In this document: in pieces, positions 26,723 to 32,000 of the stretch
How the letters are laid out: every line of letters starts with the position of its first letter
How positions within the stretch are numbered: position 1 is the first letter of the stretch
Source of the DNA: Ignicoccus islandicus DSM 13165
GTDB taxonomy: Archaea; Thermoproteota; Thermoprotei_A; Sulfolobales; Ignicoccaceae
Assembly: GCF_001481685.1 (NCBI RefSeq)
Contig: NZ_CP006867.1
Span: 1,050,001 to 1,082,000, forward strand
Reading direction: 5' to 3'
Length of the DNA: 32,000 nt
Made by a program: the position numbers and the translations under genes
The notes under the pieces: generated by a model
What the model saw: only the letters and a program-made list of their open reading frames with translations
What the model was told of the DNA's origin: nothing
The model's database searches: none

Positions 26723-26983
26723 TCACGTATTGGTTCGCTTTAGGTACTTCTTTCGAAACGCCTCACATAAGTCTATCCCTAAGACGTTGGCGATCGATAG
26801 CAACCAGGCCAATACGTCTGCCATTTCCTCCTCTATTTTCTCCCTCTTCTTCTTCAAGATGGCCTCACTGAGCTCACCTATCTCTTCGATAAACCACAAG
26901 AAGGTCCAACTAACGCCTCTATTCCAATCTTGTTCGAAATACCTCTCCTCAATTACCCTCTCCAGCTCCCTTAAGTCGCACAA
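26723..26983 (-). CDS. Small MazG-like nucleotide pyrophosphohydrolase domain protein
   Basis: EEIGELSEAI...EEEMADVLAWLLSIANVLGIDL is the EExxE...D four-helix MazG signature. The protein is 86 aa and starts at TTG. Confidence 0.75.
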   Translation of the reverse strand: MCDLRELERVIEERYFEQDWNRGVSWTFLWFIEEIGELSEAILKKKREKIEEEMADVLAWLLSIANVLGIDLCEAFRKKYLKRTNT

Positions 26984-27083
26984 CGCCTATCTCCAGCGCT
27001 TTCAGCGAAGAAAAATATTAAACTGAAGCGAACCGTTACTGAATTAGTCTCTGCTCGGGTTCTCGGGACGGTGCTTAGGGAAA

Positions 27084-27827
27084 TTGAGGTTCGCTTTGGT
27101 AGGCGCTGGACTGACTTGCAAGCAATTGACGCCCGAAGCGTTAGAGGTTATACGAACGTACGAGGAAGTTTACGCCGATTTGTATACTAGCATCTACGAA
27201 GGGGGTCTCTTGGAATGCTTGAGAAGGCATCGAACCGACGTCAAACCAGCTTACAGGAGCGACTTGGAAAGCGATTTCTTAAGCGACAAACGCGACGTCG
27301 CCTTGGTCGTGGCTGGAGATCCACTCGCTGCTACCACCCACTCGAGCTTACTGCTAGACGCATTGGAAAGGGGCTACGAAGCGAAGGTAGTGCCCGGTAT
27401 TTCCGCGCTCCAAGTTGCCAGAACCAAGAGCGGGCTTTCCCAATATAGGTTCGGTAGAGTTGTTACAATGATGTACCCTAGAGAGGGAATAAATTTCAGC
27501 GAGTCGGTTTACTTAGCAATTAAGGACAACGACGAACTCAACTTGCATACTATAGTACTTCTAGAGACTGGTTACGATAGGTCCATGAAAGTATCTGAGG
27601 CAGCGAGGCTCCTCTTAGAAGAGTCAGAGAGGAAGGGCGATTCTACAATGAAAGATAGGATGGTAATAGCTATGGCTAGACTCTGTTGGGAGAGCGAAGA
27701 GATAAGGTTAGTTACCTTGGAGGAGGCCGCGAAGTTGGACTTAGGCGAACCACCTCATCTAATGGTGTTCCCCTCACCTAAGTTACATCCAATAGAAGAA
27801 GAGCTAATTAGAAAATGGTTTAGGTAA
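27084..27827 (+). CDS. dphB: Diphthine synthase (tetrapyrrole-methylase fold)
   Basis: VALVVAGDPLAATTHSSLLLDA...VVPGISAL and the overall length match Dph5/DphB. The start is TTG. Confidence 0.85.
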   Translation: MRFALVGAGLTCKQLTPEALEVIRTYEEVYADLYTSIYEGGLLECLRRHRTDVKPAYRSDLESDFLSDKRDVALVVAGDPLAATTHSSLLLDALERGYEAKVVPGISALQVARTKSGLSQYRFGRVVTMMYPREGINFSESVYLAIKDNDELNLHTIVLLETGYDRSMKVSEAARLLLEESERKGDSTMKDRMVIAMARLCWESEEIRLVTLEEAAKLDLGEPPHLMVFPSPKLHPIEEELIRKWFR

Positions 27828-27879
27828 TTGAATACTTGCTTAACCCCTTTAAAAGTTTTATCATACCTAGGTAATAGCG

Positions 27880-28080
27880 GTGCGGACGGTGAGGTTGGTA
27901 ACTGTTAAGATGCCCGAAGCTTACGTGGAAGCGATAGACGAATTAGTAAAGAAGGGTAGGTTCACCTCTAGAAGCGAGGCAATAAGGGTCGCAATTAGAG
28001 AGTTACTGAGAAGGGAGATGTGGATAAGGGAGCTCCCGCCAGACGAGGAAGAGGAGGAAGACGTCATCGACGAGTTCTGA
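27880..28080 (+). CDS. Ribbon-helix-helix (CopG-family) DNA-binding protein with acidic C-terminal tail
   Basis: VKMPEAYVEAIDELVKKGRFTSRSEAIRVAIRELL is a canonical RHH. The C-terminus is [19 protein letters not shown]-like TTTAAAAGTTTTATCA lies about 20-30 nt upstream of the GTG start. Confidence 0.75.
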   Translation: MRTVRLVTVKMPEAYVEAIDELVKKGRFTSRSEAIRVAIRELLRREMWIRELPPDEEEEEDVIDEF

Positions 28081-28825
28081 GTTCCCTCCCAGTTTCCCCT
28101 ACAATTTTCGATAAAGACCCGAAAACGCCTTCTTTCTCTAACTCCACGGTCATCTTAACGGTAATGCCACCGGGCGTTTCGACCCTTGCCCTCACTTCAA
28201 GCGGATCGTACTTCTTTAAGAACTCCATAGTTCCAATTACTGATTCCTTGACCATTTCCTCCGCTAGCTTCCTGTCTACGCCCGCGTAGACCAATGCCTC
28301 AACTAGGGAGTTATAGTAGAGCGAGTGAATAGCAGGTCCTGATCCGACTACCGGGAGGGCAGCGTCTAATACCTCTTCCTTGACCCATATGGGCTTCCCG
28401 AGCTTACTTAGAATCTCTTCAACTGCTTCGTCGTTACAACCGCCCCTTTCGCTAACGAGTACCGGCGACTTTCCTATTTCCACTGTAACTGAAGGCATAG
28501 TTCTGTAACCACACTTTACCTTCCTCCTAATTTCCTTCAATCCGTAGAGCGCGGCTGTAGATATGAGCGGTTTCTCAAGTCCCTCCATTTGACTCAAGAC
28601 GGAGTCCATCGCCGAAGGTTCCACTGAAACTATTACCACGTCACCGAAATTAATGCACGTCTTCAAATCAACTACTTCCAGGCCCTCCTTTCTGGCCAAC
28701 TCGTCCGTGGGAGGTAAGGTGGAGACCTTCATTTCGTAAAAGCGTTTAAGCCTCTTCCCAATGGCGGAACCTAGTCTACCGAAGCCGACTAAACATATCT
28801 TCAAGGCGTAACTCCGTATAAGCAT
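28064..28825 (-). CDS. proC: Pyrroline-5-carboxylate reductase-like NAD(P) oxidoreductase
   Basis: It has an N-terminal [11 protein letters not shown] Rossmann motif. The C-terminal dimerisation-domain pattern is [21 protein letters not shown]... ETPGGIT. Confidence 0.7.
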   Translation of the reverse strand: MLIRSYALKICLVGFGRLGSAIGKRLKRFYEMKVSTLPPTDELARKEGLEVVDLKTCINFGDVVIVSVEPSAMDSVLSQMEGLEKPLISTAALYGLKEIRRKVKCGYRTMPSVTVEIGKSPVLVSERGGCNDEAVEEILSKLGKPIWVKEEVLDAALPVVGSGPAIHSLYYNSLVEALVYAGVDRKLAEEMVKESVIGTMEFLKKYDPLEVRARVETPGGITVKMTVELEKEGVFGSLSKIVGETGRELRTRR

Positions 28826-28848
28826 ATGAACGACCAGTATTAGGCCCT

Positions 28849-29163
28849 TTGGGGAAGAAGCCTTTGGAAGGGGAGTATTACAAGCTAATTTCCCTCGGAC
28901 CCCCTAAGTTAACTAAGTTCGAAAGGGCCGCTATAATAGGCGTTAGGGCACTCCAACTCTCAATCGGCGCACCGCCCTTAATAGATGTCTCGAATATAGA
29001 AAATAAAGATCCAATTAACATAGCCAGGGAAGAGCTGAAGAGAGGACTATTACCGATAACAATTAGAAGGAGAACTATGGGAGGAAAGGAACAGAGGATA
29101 CCAATTGACTGGCTTCTCAAAGCACAGAAAGAAGTATACGGAGACCTACCCGAGCTCATGTGA
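28849..29163 (+). CDS. rpoK: DNA-directed RNA polymerase subunit K (Rpo6)
   Basis: [26 protein letters not shown] ... [14 protein letters not shown] matches the conserved RpoK/Rpb6 core. The start is TTG. Confidence 0.85.
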   Translation: MGKKPLEGEYYKLISLGPPKLTKFERAAIIGVRALQLSIGAPPLIDVSNIENKDPINIAREELKRGLLPITIRRRTMGGKEQRIPIDWLLKAQKEVYGDLPELM

Positions 29164-30046
29164 GCCCATAGGCGTCGGCGAAGGCGAGTACTTAGTAGGT
29201 CTTAGAGAACTGAAGGAGTGCAAGGAATTCAGGAGGTTCGTTGGCACTAAGTTCTCTCATTTCGTGCTTCTCAAGGAACCGGAACTTCAAGTACCTCCGT
29301 TTTACGCCTCGATAATATCAATTGTCCTTTACTTCTATTTCTCCTCTTCAATGGCATACGCCTTCTCGCAAAACACTAACTTCAACTTCGTTAGCGCCTT
29401 ATTTTGGTTCGTTTTCGGTGCATTAACTCCATTGCTAGTTCAATCCTTGTGTTTCCTAGCGTTCGCTCTGTTGCAGCGCTCACCGGTTTCGCTGACCCTC
29501 TTACCGGTACCATCGCCAATACCGGCTCTCTTGCCCAGTTTCGTTCCGACGAAGCCCTTAGTTAACAGAAGGAGAGCTTCCTTCATATCAACGGCCTCTC
29601 TAATAGCGGGTCTACTCGTTGCATTAGCGATATTATACTCATTTAGAGAAATGGAAGTAGTAATTAGGGTCCCGGAAGTCCAAAACGTTAAAGTCGCGCC
29701 CTTAGCGCTCTCCTTCTTCGTAACTACTCCGAACCCAGTTGCTATGGGAGTGCTAGCTTACGTGATATCGTTGCCTTTCCAATTGATTCCCTACCCGTTC
29801 TCACCAGGTTGGTTCGTCTTCGGTGAGCTTCCCCTCTCATGGATATCGTTCGTGATACCAATTACTATCGGCTTAAAGGACCAGCTAATGGCAACTGCGA
29901 CCTTCGGATACGCCATTTCTACGTTCCTTTCGCCATTAGTAATTAGGCCATTCCAATACGTTACGGATCCTTTCGAAAGGCCCTCGAGGATAGCAATAGC
30001 GATTGCTACAGGATTATTCGTCTTAACTGTCCCCGCGATCTGGTAG
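29105..30046 (+). CDS. Hypothetical polytopic membrane protein (start uncertain)
   Basis: It has several hydrophobic segments and no recognised family. The maximal ORF starts at a TTG inside rpoK (59-nt overlap). Alternative starts are GVG-free: GTG 29264 and ATG 29351. Confidence 0.4.
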   Translation: MTGFSKHRKKYTETYPSSCEPIGVGEGEYLVGLRELKECKEFRRFVGTKFSHFVLLKEPELQVPPFYASIISIVLYFYFSSSMAYAFSQNTNFNFVSALFWFVFGALTPLLVQSLCFLAFALLQRSPVSLTLLPVPSPIPALLPSFVPTKPLVNRRRASFISTASLIAGLLVALAILYSFREMEVVIRVPEVQNVKVAPLALSFFVTTPNPVAMGVLAYVISLPFQLIPYPFSPGWFVFGELPLSWISFVIPITIGLKDQLMATATFGYAISTFLSPLVIRPFQYVTDPFERPSRIAIAIATGLFVLTVPAIW

Positions 30047-30050
30047 CTAG

Positions 30051-30554
30051 GTGAAACTGAGATTGGCGAGAGACGCGAAGAAGGAAGCAATTGAATGGGG
30101 TAAGGCAATAGTAGAGGCTGTAGTAATACTGACCGTTCTGAAGTTCTTATTTAACACAGAGATACCTATTGCAGCCGTCGCTTCCGGTTCCATGTTACCT
30201 ACTTTAGAGAGAGGCGATCTGGTAATAGTAATAGGCTCGAAGCCTGAGAACATTAAGGTCGGAGACATTATAGTTTACCACTCTTGTCAAGGACCGTACA
30301 TTATTCACAGAGTTATAAAGGTAGTAAAGGAAGGCAGTACTTACTACTTCGTTACGAAAGGAGATAACAATCCCGGAACTGACTGGTGGCTAGATCAGTT
30401 CGTCGATTGCAAGAACGGGACGCCTCTCCCCGGGGTACCTCAAGGAAGGGTCGCTGGTAAGGTATTGGAGCTCTTCGGTCACCCAATAAAGATACCTTAC
30501 TTGGGATACGTCGCTCTAATAGCGTTCCCGTTCCTCTGGTGGGTTCCTCGTTAA
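30051..30554 (+). CDS. Signal peptidase I, archaeal/eukaryotic (Sec11/S26B) type
   Basis: An N-terminal TM segment is followed by VASGSMLPTLERGDLVIV (catalytic Ser), IIHRV (catalytic His) and TKGDNN. The start is GTG. Confidence 0.85.
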   Translation: MKLRLARDAKKEAIEWGKAIVEAVVILTVLKFLFNTEIPIAAVASGSMLPTLERGDLVIVIGSKPENIKVGDIIVYHSCQGPYIIHRVIKVVKEGSTYYFVTKGDNNPGTDWWLDQFVDCKNGTPLPGVPQGRVAGKVLELFGHPIKIPYLGYVALIAFPFLWWVPR

Positions 30555-30724
30555 CCTCATTCCATTTTCAGTTAGTTGCGTAACGGAATATAATTTAGGA
30601 GTAAACTGAAACTAGTATACGTATAAAAATTTTTCCTTCTGAAGCCAAACTGAGTAAGACAGACCAGTCGAGAAGTTCCGATCTCTAACCCCTATTAACT
30701 AGTTAGCTAACCAAAAGTGGTGGC

Positions 30725-30736
30725 GGGGGGGGGGGG
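30725..30736. repeat. G12 homopolymer (C12 on the minus strand) in an intergenic region
   Basis: The run was counted directly: ggc-GGGGGGGGGGGG-acaaaatc. It lies 60 nt upstream of the next ORF start. Confidence 0.9.
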
Positions 30737-30795
30737 ACAAAATCGAAGCTTCCACTTAACATGGAAAATGACGTTATAGAAGAACGGGTGCAGCC

Positions 30796-31302
30796 TTGGT
30801 GTTCTTTCGCCACGTACTTTCCCGAGGTCTCGAAGAAGAACTGGATAGGGCCGACGAAAGAATAGAAGAGTTCGTAGCCGTCCACCTACTTGACGAACTA
30901 TCTAAATTAACGGACGAAGGCCCTTCCAAGTACATACTTTACAAGGTAATTAAAGACAATAGTAAGAAGCTTTTCCTTGAGAACGCTAAGGGCTATACCC
31001 TCGAGGAGACACTGAGCCAAATCTTCGGTAAGATAGGCAATACTAAGATAAGGAAAGAGGGTAATCAGATAGTAATAGAGATGGATAACTGTCCCTTAGC
31101 GAACCTACGTAATTTGAACCCTCAAAGGTGCATGGTACCAATAGCGATGTTAGCAGGATTAGTTGAGGCCGAAACGGGTAAGAAGGTAAAGGCTATCTCT
31201 CCCGCCGGCAAGTTCGGATTGGCTAGTGCAGAGGTAAACGTCGAAGTAACTAAGTGCGGTTCGCAGAACGGATCGTGCGAAATAAGGATCAGTGGAATAT
31301 AA
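30796..31302 (+). CDS. V4R-domain (4-vinyl-reductase-like, small-molecule binding) protein
   Basis: The Cys pattern MDNCPLANL....CMVPIAMLAGLVEAETGK ... EVTKCGSQNGSCEIRI resembles the V4R domain. A TATA-like TTATAGAA lies about 20 nt upstream of the TTG start. Confidence 0.5.
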   Translation: MVFFRHVLSRGLEEELDRADERIEEFVAVHLLDELSKLTDEGPSKYILYKVIKDNSKKLFLENAKGYTLEETLSQIFGKIGNTKIRKEGNQIVIEMDNCPLANLRNLNPQRCMVPIAMLAGLVEAETGKKVKAISPAGKFGLASAEVNVEVTKCGSQNGSCEIRISGI

Positions 31303-31426
31303 ACAAATATATACTGATTTTTCGTTCTGCTATACGGTGAGTCCCTTGGAGGAGAGGCTTAAGGAGATAGAAGAATTCATCAATCCACTTAATATGAAGT
31401 TCCCTCACGAAAAGGTAATGGAACAC

Positions 31427-32000
31427 CTAACTCATCCAGACCTCTTTGAGCTCTGAACTTACGTCCCTCAGAGCCTCCCTATACCCCCTTGGTACGAAAC
31501 CTAACACGTCTTCTATTTTCGTAGTCTTTAAACACGCCTTATGTGGCCTCTTAGCCTTCTGATTAACCCTACACGAACACGTCGCTTCCAATAGGTCCTC
31601 GTCTAAACCTAGGACCCTCACTATTTCCATAGCGAACGAGTATCTGCTTGCGCACTCCCTTCCAACGGCGTGAAGTAGAATAGGTCCCTTAAGTTCCTCT
31701 ATAGCTAGAATAGAGGCGTGAGCCAAGTCCCTAGCCAGCGTTGGATTGTTCCACTGATCGACGAAGACGCCTATTCTCTTACCTTCCATTACGTTCCTTA
31801 TAACCCATCCCGGGAACTTACTTCTCTTGTCTGCGTCGTAAACTACAGCAGTTCTCAACACTATAGCTCCCTCCAAGAGGGCCCTTTGTTCGCCTACGAG
31901 CTTACTAACTGCGTATTGGGAGAGCGGTCTAGGAATTGAATCCTCTGAATAAGGCGGATTCTCTCCATCGAACACAAAGTCTGTACTTACAGTTAAGTAC
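31427..32000 (-). CDS. rmlD: dTDP-4-dehydrorhamnose reductase; 5' end runs off the right edge of the window
   Basis: The frame stays open upstream of the GTG at 31975 to the window end and reads ...YLTVSTDFVFDGENPPYSEDSIPRPLSQYAVSKLVGE. This is the conserved STDYVFDG ... Y..sK..GE core of RmlD. Confidence 0.8.
   Translation of the reverse strand, partial: YLTVSTDFVFDGENPPYSEDSIPRPLSQYAVSKLVGEQRALLEGAIVLRTAVVYDADKRSKFPGWVIRNVMEGKRIGVFVDQWNNPTLARDLAHASILAIEELKGPILLHAVGRECASRYSFAMEIVRVLGLDEDLLEATCSCRVNQKAKRPHKACLKTTKIEDVLGFVPRGYREALRDVSSELKEVWMS

Noticed and set aside
30703-30885. Minus-strand 60-aa ORF ending in PPPPPPLLVS
   Set aside because: The poly-Pro stretch is simply the C12 tract. The rest is antisense to the V4R gene start.

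Overview
This window looks like a chromosomal segment of a thermophilic crenarchaeon, probably Sulfolobales-like. The evidence for that is the unstructured CRISPR repeat ending in GAAAG, a LysW-pathway kinase, TATA-box promoters close to the start codons, and very frequent TTG/GTG starts. The species cannot be determined from the sequence alone.

The window is densely packed with about 38 protein genes, mostly housekeeping:
- cysS (5' end off-window) and a free-standing B3/4-domain protein
- an IMPase-family phosphatase
- a 1208-aa MMPL/RND-type membrane protein
- pyrF, a family-4 uracil-DNA glycosylase and glyA
- a p27-like Zn-ribbon protein
- lysZ/argB, a cupin and an ArsB/NhaD-type permease
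- an HD phosphohydrolase, an atypical SDR and a GT2 synthase
- prefoldin alpha and a beta-like subunit
- a LivJ-type solute-binding protein
- a geranylgeranyl-reductase-like flavoprotein and a rhomboid protease
- aspS, amt-glnK and ADP-forming acetyl-CoA synthetase alpha/beta
- a small MazG-like protein, diphthine synthase, an RHH regulator and proC
- rpoK, signal peptidase I, a V4R-domain protein and rmlD (5' end off-window)

There is one tRNA-Phe(GAA).

The only clearly accessory element is a 15-repeat CRISPR array at 10507-11471. Its 26-nt repeat is GTAGAGATCCAATAGGGAATAGAAAG and its spacers are 36-44 nt. It has a ~550-bp AT-rich leader and a decayed trailer, and no cas gene appears anywhere in the 32 kb.

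I did not find a convincing novel multi-gene system. The most unusual signals are:
- the cas-less, mosaic CRISPR array and its decayed trailer
- a Zn-ribbon module sitting in the -1 frame exactly at the end of the HD-domain gene, next to a G5 run
- a 500-bp AT-rich gap upstream of udg
- a G12 homopolymer with stacked palindromes upstream of the V4R gene
- pyrF lacking a canonical start codon upstream of its conserved N-terminal motif

All functional calls come from motif recognition by eye. No database search was run.
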